Shown here in pieces: positions 47,457 to 56,964 of a stretch of DNA of 64,000 nucleotides (positions within the stretch are counted from its first letter, which is position 1; every line of letters begins with the position of its first letter). The stretch spans positions 58,814-122,813 of the forward strand of contig CAYZAW010000001.1 in the NCBI GenBank assembly GCA_964476505.1, written 5' to 3'. The position numbers were made by a program, and so were the translations under genes. The notes below the pieces were generated by a model that saw nothing but the letters and a program-made list of their open reading frames with translations, was not told the DNA's origin and searched no databases. Origin of the DNA: an uncultured Oscillospiraceae bacterium. GTDB taxonomy: Bacteria > Bacillota > Clostridia > Christensenellales > CAG-138.

Positions 47457-48569
47457 ATGCGAAAAGAACGCTTACTGCTGCTATTGCTTGCCATATGGCT
47501 GCTTACCGCCTGCACCGCGCCCGTGGCGGAGCCGGAAGCTACGCCCGAGGCGGCGGCAGATGCGCCTGCGGTCACGGCGGAGCCAACCATGATACCAAGT
47601 CCCACCCTGACCCCTGCACCAATAGAGGAGCTGCCGCCGGAAAACGAACGGCAGTATTACAACTCCGGCTACCCCGCCAGATCACTAAACGGCGGGAGCT
47701 ATACGGCGGACGATTTGAAGCTGTTGGCATTGCGGCTGCGGGAAAAGGATTGGGAGCGGTTATCCGAGGTATTGGAGGTGTTCGGCACGCGGATGGATAC
47801 CTTTGCGCCGGGAGCCGATATCCTTTGGAGCGAGGTATTGGCAAACAGCTATGATACGGAGGGGTATGATGTCACCTTTCCCATAGCGGATGAGGACAGC
47901 GGCATCGTGTATATCCGGCTTCACCCCGCCAGCGTCCGGGAAGGCTGGGAATACCTGATCGTGTTTGAACGGAAGACAGCAGGGCGGGGGAGTGGCCTTT
48001 CTTCCTTGGCGGAGAAGGGGGAAACACTTTATGCGCCACGCTGCGTGATAAGCTATTATGCGGACTATTACGATTCGGACGGAGACTATATCCTGCGCTT
48101 TGTGAAGCTGGGCAGCCAGACCTATGCCATTTGGAATGGGCTGGTGGGTCACGGAACCGGCTATGAGGCGTTTGGGCGGAAATGGTTTTCGCTTATTAAC
48201 GGGCAGGATGTGTTCGCCTATGATAAGTGGGGTGGGGAAAGTACATCAAGAAACGGTGGATGGGTCACGGAAAACTGGGATAACCATGTATCATACGAGG
48301 CGGTACCGATAGGCGACGCCGGGGATTTTTACTTGGAGGCCACGGCAAAGCGGGAGTTTTCTGTTGAGGATACCGTGCAACCGGAATCCTATACCTGCCG
48401 CTACCGGGTATATTACAGCGCTGAAAAGTGGGCGTTTTATACCGCTATCGATGCGCTTTTGCCTCTTTATGAGCAGGCGAAAACAAGCAATGAACCCTAT
48501 GTAGCGCAATGGGCGGAAGGAAGGATCGCAGATATCAACGAAGCCCGCGCGGTGGTAAAAGCAGGTTAA
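47457..48569 (+). CDS. Hypothetical lipoprotein
   Basis: 370 aa. MRKERLLLLLLAIWLLTAC lipobox, Ala/Pro/Glu-rich linker. No family recognised. Confidence 0.7.
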   Translation: MRKERLLLLLLAIWLLTACTAPVAEPEATPEAAADAPAVTAEPTMIPSPTLTPAPIEELPPENERQYYNSGYPARSLNGGSYTADDLKLLALRLREKDWERLSEVLEVFGTRMDTFAPGADILWSEVLANSYDTEGYDVTFPIADEDSGIVYIRLHPASVREGWEYLIVFERKTAGRGSGLSSLAEKGETLYAPRCVISYYADYYDSDGDYILRFVKLGSQTYAIWNGLVGHGTGYEAFGRKWFSLINGQDVFAYDKWGGESTSRNGGWVTENWDNHVSYEAVPIGDAGDFYLEATAKREFSVEDTVQPESYTCRYRVYYSAEKWAFYTAIDALLPLYEQAKTSNEPYVAQWAEGRIADINEARAVVKAG

Positions 48570-48610
48570 TAATCACAAGCCCATGTTGGGCATTTATGGT
48601 AAGTATTATA

Positions 48611-48666
48611 TTAGAGTTTTAGGCGGTTCAAACCCTTTTACAAAAGGGTTTGAACCGCCGGAGGCA
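48611..48666 (+). repeat. Dispersed hairpin element, copy 2 (overlaps the rluD 3' end)
   Basis: TTAGAGTTTT-a-GGCGGTTCAAACCCTTTT-ac-AAAAGGGTTTGAACCGCC-GGAGGCA. An 18-bp perfect stem. The rluD stop codon (48640-48638) sits in the loop. Confidence 0.75.
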
Positions 48667-49621
48667 AAAACGCCTCCCCATCCCAGCCCGCTTTTTTCAG
48701 CGCGGCAAGAAAGTATTCCGGAACAGGTGCAAAAAACACCATATCCTCTCCGGTGCGCGGGTGCGTCAATTGCAGGCGGTACGCGTGAAGCGCCTGCCCC
48801 GATAGCCCCAGCCGGGGCTTTTTTTGTCCGTAAACGGTATCTCCCGCTACGGGGTGCTTGCTATATGCCATGTGTACGCGAATCTGGTGGGTGCGGCCTG
48901 TTTCCAGCCGCGCTTCGATCAACGTATAGTCTCCCAACCGTAAAAGCACGGTAAAGTGCGTGACTGCCTCCCGCCCATTAGGTACCACCGCCATGCGCTT
49001 GCGGTCAACGGGGTGGCGGCCGATAGGCGCGTCGATCGTGCCGCTGTCTTCCTTGATGTTCCCCTCCACAAGGGCAAGGTAACTGCGCCTTGCGGTGTGT
49101 GCCTTGATCTGCGCCGCAAGGGAGGCGTGTGCCATGTCGTTTTTTGCTACTACGATGAGGCCGCTTGTTAGTTTATCGATTCTGTGTACGATGCCGGGGC
49201 GCTTGACCCCGCCAATGCCGGAAAGGTCGTGCACATGATACAAAAGCGCGTTTACCAGCGTACCGCTTTCGTTGCCGGGGGCGGGGTGTACCACCATGCC
49301 CTGCGCCTTGTTGATCACGATCATATCGCTATCCTCGTATACCACACAAAGCGGGATGTTTTCGGCAACAAGCGCCAGATCCTCCGGCGGGGGCACCAGC
49401 AGCCGCACTTCGTCGCCCTGCTTAAGCTTGCGGTTGGCCTTGGCGGGCGCGTTGTTTACCGTAGCGTCGCCGTTTTCGATCAGCTTTTGCGCCTGCGCCC
49501 GGCTCAACTCTGCCGCACAGGAAAGAAACACGTCAAAGCGCACCCCTGCTTCTGTAACGGAAAACAGGCGCTCCTCCGCGTCCTCCAGTTCTTCCTCTGG
49601 CAGGCGTTCGCAATCGGTCAC
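48638..49621 (-). CDS. rluD: 23S rRNA pseudouridine synthase, RluD subfamily
   Basis: The lower part of the 520-aa ORF 48638..50200. GTG 49621 overlaps the lspA stop (GTGA). S4 domain (RFDVFLS...SRAQAQKLIENG), then INKAQGMVVHP and HRIDKLTSGLIVVAK. Confidence 0.88.
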   Translation of the reverse strand: MTDCERLPEEELEDAEERLFSVTEAGVRFDVFLSCAAELSRAQAQKLIENGDATVNNAPAKANRKLKQGDEVRLLVPPPEDLALVAENIPLCVVYEDSDMIVINKAQGMVVHPAPGNESGTLVNALLYHVHDLSGIGGVKRPGIVHRIDKLTSGLIVVAKNDMAHASLAAQIKAHTARRSYLALVEGNIKEDSGTIDAPIGRHPVDRKRMAVVPNGREAVTHFTVLLRLGDYTLIEARLETGRTHQIRVHMAYSKHPVAGDTVYGQKKPRLGLSGQALHAYRLQLTHPRTGEDMVFFAPVPEYFLAALKKAGWDGEAFLPPAVQTLL

Positions 49622-50151
49622 TTTTCTTCTTCTCCGTTGGCGCTTTTCGGTTGCTTCGGTTTTTTTGTGGTTTTTTCGTCCAGTAAGTCCATCAGCGCCC
49701 GGCCTTTTTTTGTAAACAGCAGGTCGATCGCCAATAAGCCTGCGCCGATGCAAACGGCGGTGTCCGCCACGTTGAACACGGCAAAATCGATCAGGCAAAA
49801 GTCCAGCATGTCCCGCACATAGCCTAAAAACAGCCGGTCTATGAGGTTGTTTCCTACCGCGCCCGCAACGATTAGCGCAACGCTGAAGCGAAACAGCGGG
49901 TGCAGATAGCTCCGCTTTTTGATGCAAAGCCAGATGGCGGCAATGAACACGCATAACGTAACGCCCACAAACAGCCAGCGCGCCCCGGACAGCACGGAAA
50001 ACGCCGCGCCCGTATTGTGTGCGCTGGTAAAGTGGAACACGCCCTCCCATAGCGGATAAGAGGTGCCAAGCGGCGTTAGGTACAGGTCGGTCAGGTACTT
50101 CGTGAGCTGATCCAGCCCAATGACCACGGCGAAGGTGATGAGTTCCAGCAT
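49618..50151 (-). CDS. lspA: Signal peptidase II (lipoprotein signal peptidase)
   Basis: 177 aa. IGLDQLTK, NTGAAFS and FNVADTAVCIG. Confidence 0.92.
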   Translation of the reverse strand: MLELITFAVVIGLDQLTKYLTDLYLTPLGTSYPLWEGVFHFTSAHNTGAAFSVLSGARWLFVGVTLCVFIAAIWLCIKKRSYLHPLFRFSVALIVAGAVGNNLIDRLFLGYVRDMLDFCLIDFAVFNVADTAVCIGAGLLAIDLLFTKKGRALMDLLDEKTTKKPKQPKSANGEEEK

Positions 50152-50169
50152 AATACCCCCAAAATGCGG

Positions 50170-51858
50170 TTAGTTTGTTATCCCGGTATGGATGTACCAT
50201 TTTTCAACGGTACGGAAAATGTCGGTATCGCGCACATCGGATATCCCCTGTATTTCCGCAGCGTATACGATGCTCGTCATGCGAAAGTACAGCATAATGA
50301 ACGGCAGGTCGTTTACAAACTGCTGTTGCACTGCCGCGTGCGCTTCCTTGAGCGTGGCTTCGTCGGCGGCAGTTTGAGCCTTTTGCAGCAGCGTGTTCAT
50401 GTCGCTGTTGGCGTAATGCCCGTAATTACGCTCCCCGCCTGCCGAAAGGTAGGCTGTAAGCTGGCCGCTTCTTGGCAGGTTGAAGCCAGCCAAGGCCAAG
50501 TCGAAATCTCCGCCGGAAAGCTTGGTGATAAACGGGCTTTCCGGGTCGCCCACCGTCAGCTTTTCCGATTCGATCTCGATGGTAACGCCAACGCTCAACA
50601 GTTGGTTGGCGATCATCTGCGCCGCGCTTTTGCGGTAAGTGCTTTCCGTGCTGTCGTTTACCAGCAGCCGGAAGGTCAGTATCCTTCCGGGATTGTTCAC
50701 GCTTTCCAACAGCCCGTCCCCGTTCGAATCCGCATACCCGGCCTCTGCAAACAGAGACGCTGCCATGGCGGGATCGTAATCGTAAATTTTAGAGGTAGGG
50801 TCATACAAAAACGAATCCGGCGGCACAGGCACGTCCGTAATGCTGGCGCGGTTCATGTACACGTTGGATACGATGGAGCCGCGGTCTATGGCGTAGGCTA
50901 GGGCCTTTCTGAGAGAGGCATTTCGAAGCTGGCTGTTGTTTTGATTGATCAGCAGCATTTCCGCGTCCTGCGATAGTACATCCAGCACGTTTGTTACGTC
51001 CGTCTCCCGGTATTTGCCCGCCGAGGCGGTATCGGTGGGAACCACGTTGAGCTGCCCGGCCTCGTAGGAGCTGAGCGCTACCGAATTGCTTTCGCGGGAC
51101 AGGCAGCGGATGGTGGTGATGTATGGGCTTTGCTTCCACCAGCCTGCGTTGGCTTCCAGTATGATGGAGGACGCGCCGGCGCTCGTCACCTTGTAAGGGC
51201 CTGTGCCGTTCATGGCGAGGTCGCCGTTGCCGGCGGCGCACATCACGGGAAACAGCAGCCCGTACAGCGAGGTAAGCCCCGGCTGATACATGGTGATCTG
51301 CACAGTAAGGTCGTCCACCTTCGTGGCGGTCTCCACGCAGGCGTTGGTGAGGTTATAATATGACTCCGCACCGAGGGCTTTGATCTGGCTGATGGTATAC
51401 AGCACGTCCTCGGCGGTAAGCATTGCGTCCCCGCTATGCCATTTTACGCCGCTTCTAAGGGTAAGCGTCCATACCCTGCCGCTTTCGTCGCAGCTCCATT
51501 TTTCAGCCAGCGCGGGGGTCAGGGCGTTTGCCGTATCGCAGCGCAAAAGCGGCTCGTATACCAGCGAGTACATATTGCGCATTTCTTCTGTGTTCATGGA
51601 TAGCGGCGAGGTCACGGCGCCGCCTTCGCTTTGCAGCGGGTTGCGGGGGATGGGGATTTGAATTTCGCCGCCAACCGCAGGCACGGGCGTTGGCGCGGCG
51701 GTGGGCAATAGCTGCTCAGGCGTGGCGGTGGCAGCGGGGTCTTCCGGCTTGCCGCAGGCGGAAAGGGAAAGCGTGAGCAAAAGAACCGCCGCCAGTATTC
51801 CGGCGCGGATGCGAAGCGTTGTTTGTTTTTCGCGTTGCGCTTTAAAAAGCGTCCGCAT
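50170..51858 (-). CDS. ABC transporter substrate-binding lipoprotein, family 5 (peptide/nickel, OppA-like). No adjacent permease genes.
   Basis: ORF track 50170..51921. Lipobox LTLSLSACG. The family-5 SBP length and motifs were judged by recall. The start is uncertain: 51858 was chosen, with alternatives at 51879, 51903 and 51921. Confidence 0.8.
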   Translation of the reverse strand: MRTLFKAQREKQTTLRIRAGILAAVLLLTLSLSACGKPEDPAATATPEQLLPTAAPTPVPAVGGEIQIPIPRNPLQSEGGAVTSPLSMNTEEMRNMYSLVYEPLLRCDTANALTPALAEKWSCDESGRVWTLTLRSGVKWHSGDAMLTAEDVLYTISQIKALGAESYYNLTNACVETATKVDDLTVQITMYQPGLTSLYGLLFPVMCAAGNGDLAMNGTGPYKVTSAGASSIILEANAGWWKQSPYITTIRCLSRESNSVALSSYEAGQLNVVPTDTASAGKYRETDVTNVLDVLSQDAEMLLINQNNSQLRNASLRKALAYAIDRGSIVSNVYMNRASITDVPVPPDSFLYDPTSKIYDYDPAMAASLFAEAGYADSNGDGLLESVNNPGRILTFRLLVNDSTESTYRKSAAQMIANQLLSVGVTIEIESEKLTVGDPESPFITKLSGGDFDLALAGFNLPRSGQLTAYLSAGGERNYGHYANSDMNTLLQKAQTAADEATLKEAHAAVQQQFVNDLPFIMLYFRMTSIVYAAEIQGISDVRDTDIFRTVEKWYIHTGITN

Positions 51859-52438
51859 ACAGGGTTTTAAATTTTTCATAAGCGCGTTGTACTTTTTCCA
51901 CATATCGTTCTGTTTCCGCAAAGGGAATGTTTACAAGCTGCCCGTCCTTGGTATAGTCGGGCGTATCGAGCCAGTCGTCCACATTGCCCTGCCCGGCGTT
52001 GTAGGCGGCAATGTACTTTACCCGGTCGGCCTGATACCGGTCGGACAAGAACCGCAGGTACCAGCAGCCCAAGCGAATGTTGATTTCCGGCTGGTACAGC
52101 TGTTCGGTTTGATAATTCGCAAGCGACAGCTTTTCCGCGATCCACTCGCCGGTGTCCGGCATTACCTGCATCAGGCCGATGGCCCCCGCGCCGCTGACGG
52201 CGTTGGGGTTGCTGCCGCTTTCGCAGTGCACCACGGCGGCAACAAGATACGGGTCAAGCTCGAATTCGCTTGCGGAAGCCTCGATCTGCTCCGGATATAC
52301 CAAGGGATAGGTGCGTTTTTCAAGCTCCTCCAGCACCACCGGGATAGCAAGCACCAGCACCGCCGCCAGCAACAGGATAAACAAAACCAGCAGCACCCGG
52401 CTTGCCCGCAGCTTTCGTTTTTGTATACGCTGGGTCAC
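51842..52438 (-). CDS. Lytic transglycosylase (SLT domain) with an N-terminal membrane anchor
   Basis: 198 aa. AVVHCESGSNPNAVSGAGAIGLMQVMP and AYNAGQGNV. Confidence 0.88.
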   Translation of the reverse strand: MTQRIQKRKLRASRVLLVLFILLLAAVLVLAIPVVLEELEKRTYPLVYPEQIEASASEFELDPYLVAAVVHCESGSNPNAVSGAGAIGLMQVMPDTGEWIAEKLSLANYQTEQLYQPEINIRLGCWYLRFLSDRYQADRVKYIAAYNAGQGNVDDWLDTPDYTKDGQLVNIPFAETERYVEKVQRAYEKFKTLYADAF

Positions 52439-53049
52439 GGCTGCCTCTTGCGCGCGCGCAGATACAGCGCATCCACCTGCGCATACAGGGCGGGAATGTT
52501 GCCGTCGTTATGGATGATGTCCGTAGCCAGCTGAATCTTGTCGCAGTCCGGCATCTGGCTGGCAATGCGGGCTCTTGCGGCAGCCTCCGGGCAGCGGTCT
52601 CGGGCAAGGATGCGGGCTAGGCGCGTCTCCTCCTGCGCCACCACCAGCCATACCTCATCCATCATTTCGTGCATGCCGGTCTCTAACAGCAGCGGCACGT
52701 CAAACACCACCAATACGCCGGGGTGTGCGTTTTGCACCGCCAGCTCCTCCAAGAACATCCGTTCCATGATCAGCGGGTGCAGTATGGCGTTCAAGTCTCG
52801 CCTTGCGATAGCGTCCGCAAAGGTGATGTCTGCCAGCTTCCGGCGATCCAGTTCGCCGTCCGCGCGGATGATGACGCTTCCAAAACGCTTTTCCAGCGCG
52901 GCAAGGCCGGGGGAGGCCGGTTCTACCACGATGCGGGAGGCGGCATCCGCGTCCAGCACCGATGCGCCAAGGGCTGTCAATCTGTCGGATACGGTTGTTT
53001 TTCCCGCGCCGATGCCGCCGGTGAGGCCAATTCTTCTATGCATTCTCAT
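52435..53049 (-). CDS. coaE: Dephospho-CoA kinase
   Basis: ORF track 52435..53070. IGLTGGIGAGKTT. The start is uncertain (ATGs at 53043, 53049 and 53055, next to the polA stop). Confidence 0.88.
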   Translation of the reverse strand: MRMHRRIGLTGGIGAGKTTVSDRLTALGASVLDADAASRIVVEPASPGLAALEKRFGSVIIRADGELDRRKLADITFADAIARRDLNAILHPLIMERMFLEELAVQNAHPGVLVVFDVPLLLETGMHEMMDEVWLVVAQEETRLARILARDRCPEAAARARIASQMPDCDKIQLATDIIHNDGNIPALYAQVDALYLRARKRQP

Positions 53050-53051
53050 AC

Positions 53052-55622
53052 TCATTTTGTTTCGTACCAATTCTGTCCGCTTTTTACTTCCGCCACCAGC
53101 GGCACGGATAAGGGCATTGCGCCTTCCATGCAGCGGGAAAGCAGATTTCGCACCGCTTGTTCCTCGGCAGCCGGCGTATCCACGATCAATTCGTCGTGCA
53201 CCTGCAGCACCAGCTTTGCTTGCAGCCCCTCGTCCTTTAGGGCTTGGGCAACCTTTACCATGGCAAGCTTGATGATGTCTGCCGCCGTGCCCTGTATGGG
53301 CATGTTCATGGCAACGCGCTCCCCAAAGCCGCGGGTGTTGAAGTTGCTGCTTTTAAGCTCCGGCAGGTCTCTTCGCCTGCCGCAAAGGGTGGCGGCGTAG
53401 CCTTGGGCTTTGCCGGTTTCCACGCTTTTATCCAGATAGGCCTTTACGCCGGGATAGCGCTCAAAATACCGGGCGATGTAGTCCTTGGCCTGCGTACGGC
53501 TGATACCTAGATTTTTTGCCAAGCCGAAGTCGCTGATGCCGTACACGATGCCGAAGTTGACCGCCTTGGCGGCGCTTCGCTGCTCGCCGGTCACGTCTGC
53601 GGGGGGAACGCCAAACACCTCTGCGGCGGTGCGCGTGTGGATGTCTCCACCGCTTAAAAACGCCTGCTTCATGGTTTCGTCTCCGCTGATGTGCGCCAAG
53701 AGCCTAAGCTCGATTTGCGAATAGTCCGCCCCAACCAGCACATTTCCCGGGGATGCGATAAACGCGCGGCGAATTTCACGCCCTTGTTGGGTACGCACGG
53801 GGATGTTCTGCAAATTCGGCTCCGTGCTGGAAATACGTCCCGTGGCGGTCACGGTTTGGTTCAAACTGGTTCGTACGCGCCCGGTCGATTTGTCCTGCGC
53901 GTTTAAAAGGCCGTCCACAAAGGTGCCGGTAAGCTTTGTTAAAAAGCGGTATTCCAGTATCATCGGCACGGCGGGATGCAGGTGGGTTAGCTTTTCCAGT
54001 GCATCTGCATCGGTGGAATAGCCGGTCTTTGTTTTGCGCCCGGCGGGAAGCCCCAGCTTTTCGAACAGGATGGTTCCTAATTGCTTGGGGGAGAGGATGT
54101 TGAACTGTTCCCCGCAAAGCTCGTATATCTGTTCTGCAAGAGAATCGCTTCTTTTGCGAAAGTCCTGCCCCAGCTTTTTTAATATCGCCGCGTCCACCAA
54201 GAAGCCCTCGCATTCCATTTGGAACAGTACGAACGCCAAGGGCATTTCCATGTCTGTAAAGAGGGCTTCCATGCCCTTGTCCCGCAGTTCCTGCTCCATG
54301 GGAGCCGCTAAGCGGTACAGTGCGGCGGCTGCAGGGATATCCCCCATGCGCCGCTCGGCAATCACGTCCGCCGGGGTCTTGGCGGGGCGGATGGCGTTGA
54401 TGAGATAATCTGCGATCATCACGTCAAAGCAGGGGGTAATCAGGCGGATGTTTGCGTTTTTCAACACATGCATCCAGCGCTTGGCATCAAACAGTACCTT
54501 GGTGACAGACTTGCTTTCAAACACGGGTGCAAGTGTTTGCAATACGCCAATCGCGTCCAGCCCCGGCTCCAACAGCGTGCCGGAAAGCCGCGCGTCATAC
54601 ACGGCGGCACCATCAAAGCAAAGCTGCAAACAGGTATCGTCCAGCGTAAGGGCAACGGTTTTTGCGCTTTGTATGCCGGGAATGAGCGCTTGCAGCGCCT
54701 CAAGCGTGGTTACGGAAATAAGCTCCGTGGGTGCTGCCGGTACGGCGGGAGCGGCGGGTGTGCTGCCGGATTGGGGCAGGCGGCCTGCAATGGCTTTAAG
54801 CTCCAGATCGTACAGCATGGGCAGCGCCTCCTGCATGGCGGCGGGCACATAGGCGCAGTCCGAAAGGCGCATCGTAAGCGGCGCGTCGGTACGGATGGTG
54901 CCAAGCCAGTAGGAAAGCTCCGCAAGCTGTGTGTTTGCGGCGATTTTTTCGCCAAGCTTGCCCTTGATCTCTCCCGCGTGCGCCAGAACGTTATCGATGG
55001 TTTGATACTCCGCCAACAGCTTAAGAGCGGTTTTTTCACCCACGCCGGGGATGCCGGGGATGTTATCGGAGGAGTCTCCCATCAAGCCCTTCAAATCCCG
55101 CATGCGATCCGGCGCAAGACCGTAATCCTCCAGCAAGGCGGCTTCGTCATACTCCTTTGTTTCGCTGATGCCCTTTTTTGTTAGCAGTACATGGGTATGC
55201 GGGGAAATCAGCTGCAATGCGTCCCGGTCGCCGGTAACAAGAAGGGCGTTCACGTCCGCTTCCGCGCAGATGCGGGAAAACGTGCCCAAGATATCGTCTG
55301 CCTCAAAATGCTCGCAGGTGCAAACGGGAATGCCCATTTGCTTTAAAAGGGTTTGCAGCATGGGAAACTGCGGACGAAGATCCTCCGGCGTTTCCCGCCT
55401 GCCAGCCTTATATTCCGTGTATTTTTCGTGGCGAAAGGTAGGCCCGTGCAGGTCGAATGCCACCACAAGATAATCCGGGTCGCGTTTTACGAGCGTTAAA
55501 AGCATGGCTAAAAAGCCGTGCAGTGCGCCTGTTGGCGTGCCGGATTTGGTGGTCATGTTGGGTAGCGCGTAATACGCCCGGTGCATCAGGCTGTTTCCGT
55601 CGATGGCGATCAGTGTTTTCAT
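53052..55622 (-). CDS. polA: DNA polymerase I
   Basis: 856 aa. 5'-3' exonuclease N-terminus (IDGNSLMHRAYYA), and polymerase motifs DYSQIELRLLAH, RRAAKAVNFGIVYG-like, and QVHDELIV. Confidence 0.95.
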   Translation of the reverse strand: MKTLIAIDGNSLMHRAYYALPNMTTKSGTPTGALHGFLAMLLTLVKRDPDYLVVAFDLHGPTFRHEKYTEYKAGRRETPEDLRPQFPMLQTLLKQMGIPVCTCEHFEADDILGTFSRICAEADVNALLVTGDRDALQLISPHTHVLLTKKGISETKEYDEAALLEDYGLAPDRMRDLKGLMGDSSDNIPGIPGVGEKTALKLLAEYQTIDNVLAHAGEIKGKLGEKIAANTQLAELSYWLGTIRTDAPLTMRLSDCAYVPAAMQEALPMLYDLELKAIAGRLPQSGSTPAAPAVPAAPTELISVTTLEALQALIPGIQSAKTVALTLDDTCLQLCFDGAAVYDARLSGTLLEPGLDAIGVLQTLAPVFESKSVTKVLFDAKRWMHVLKNANIRLITPCFDVMIADYLINAIRPAKTPADVIAERRMGDIPAAAALYRLAAPMEQELRDKGMEALFTDMEMPLAFVLFQMECEGFLVDAAILKKLGQDFRKRSDSLAEQIYELCGEQFNILSPKQLGTILFEKLGLPAGRKTKTGYSTDADALEKLTHLHPAVPMILEYRFLTKLTGTFVDGLLNAQDKSTGRVRTSLNQTVTATGRISSTEPNLQNIPVRTQQGREIRRAFIASPGNVLVGADYSQIELRLLAHISGDETMKQAFLSGGDIHTRTAAEVFGVPPADVTGEQRSAAKAVNFGIVYGISDFGLAKNLGISRTQAKDYIARYFERYPGVKAYLDKSVETGKAQGYAATLCGRRRDLPELKSSNFNTRGFGERVAMNMPIQGTAADIIKLAMVKVAQALKDEGLQAKLVLQVHDELIVDTPAAEEQAVRNLLSRCMEGAMPLSVPLVAEVKSGQNWYETK

Positions 55623-55628
55623 GTTACC

Positions 55629-56951
55629 TCATTCCACAACCGCATATACGATAGGCGGTTTATTGCCAACGGGTGCGCCGGGGGCTACGGCAATACCGGT
55701 GTACAGCGCTTCCATCGCCTCCTGCACGCGGGTCTCGTCGTTTACATACAGCGTGCACAGGGGCTCGCCCTCGGTGACCGTATCCATCAGGCGCTTATGC
55801 ATCACAAGCCCTACTGCGGGGTCGATGGGGTCGCTCTTTTCCGCACGGCCTGCGCCAAGCATCTGCGCCGTCAAGCCGATGCAGCTGGCGTTCATTTCGC
55901 GAATGTAACCGCTTTGCTTGGCGGGTACATCGATGTGCTTTGTTACCCGGCACAGCTCGTCGATGCGCTCCACACACAGATACGATGCGTCTCCGCCCTG
56001 TGCTGCGATCATTTCCTGCAATATTTTGAGCCCCGCGCCGCTTCGGATGGCTTGGGTCAGCAGCGCTGCCGCCTGCTCCTTGCTTTTTACAACATCCCCC
56101 AGCAACAGCATTTGGGACGCTAAGAGCATGCAAACCTCGTATAGGGGATCAGTTTCGGGCAGCTTTCCTGAAAGCAGCTCCACGGCCTCCTTGACCTCGA
56201 GGGCGTTGCCAACGTTCATGCCCAGCGGTTGGTTCATATCCGTAATGATCGCCATAACGCGCCGGTTCAAGCCATGCCCAAGCTCCACCATGGTCTGTGC
56301 AAGCTCGCGGGCTTCGTTTACCGTAGACATAAATGCGCCGGTGCCTACCTTTACGTCCAGCACGATGGCATCCGCGCCTGCGGCAAGCTTTTTGCTCATA
56401 ATGGAGGAGGCGATGAGCGGCAGGCTTTTTACCGTGGCGGTCACGTCCCGAAGGGCATACAGCTTTTTATCTGCCGGCACCAAATTGCCGCTTTGCCCCA
56501 CAACGGCTAAGCCATGGCGCTTTACGATATCGATAAATTCTTCCCGGCTCTGCTCTACGCAAACGCCCGGTATACTTTCCAGCTTATCTAGCGTGCCGCC
56601 GGTATGCCCCAAGCCCCGCCCGGACATTTTAGCGACCACGCCTCCGCAGGCTGCAACCAATGGCGCGATCACAAGCGTTGTGGTATCCCCCACGCCGCCG
56701 GTGGAGTGTTTGTCTACCTTGACGCCGGGAATCTCGGATAGGTCAACGATATCCCCGGAGTGCATCATGGCTAGCGTCAGCGTGGCGGTCTCCCGTTTGT
56801 CCATGCCCTGAAAGCAGACCGCCATCAAAAAGGCGGATATCTGATAATCGGGGATATCGCCCTTTACATAGCCGTTGATGAGGAAATGGATCTCTTCGTC
56901 CGAGAGGGGCAATCCGTCTCGCTTTTTTTGAATGATGTCAACGGTTCTCAT
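55629..56951 (-). CDS. pdp: Pyrimidine-nucleoside (thymidine) phosphorylase
   Basis: 440 aa. IIQKKRDG, VDKHSTGGVGD and SGRGLGHTGGT. Confidence 0.92.
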   Translation of the reverse strand: MRTVDIIQKKRDGLPLSDEEIHFLINGYVKGDIPDYQISAFLMAVCFQGMDKRETATLTLAMMHSGDIVDLSEIPGVKVDKHSTGGVGDTTTLVIAPLVAACGGVVAKMSGRGLGHTGGTLDKLESIPGVCVEQSREEFIDIVKRHGLAVVGQSGNLVPADKKLYALRDVTATVKSLPLIASSIMSKKLAAGADAIVLDVKVGTGAFMSTVNEARELAQTMVELGHGLNRRVMAIITDMNQPLGMNVGNALEVKEAVELLSGKLPETDPLYEVCMLLASQMLLLGDVVKSKEQAAALLTQAIRSGAGLKILQEMIAAQGGDASYLCVERIDELCRVTKHIDVPAKQSGYIREMNASCIGLTAQMLGAGRAEKSDPIDPAVGLVMHKRLMDTVTEGEPLCTLYVNDETRVQEAMEALYTGIAVAPGAPVGNKPPIVYAVVE

Positions 56952-56964
56952 GCTGTTACACCTC

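Noticed and set aside
48638-50200. A single 520-aa minus-strand ORF in the track
   Set aside because: It is not one protein. The upper part of this frame is non-genic read-through that overlaps lspA, which lies in another frame (49618..50151). rluD starts at GTG 49621, overlapping the lspA stop (GTGA).
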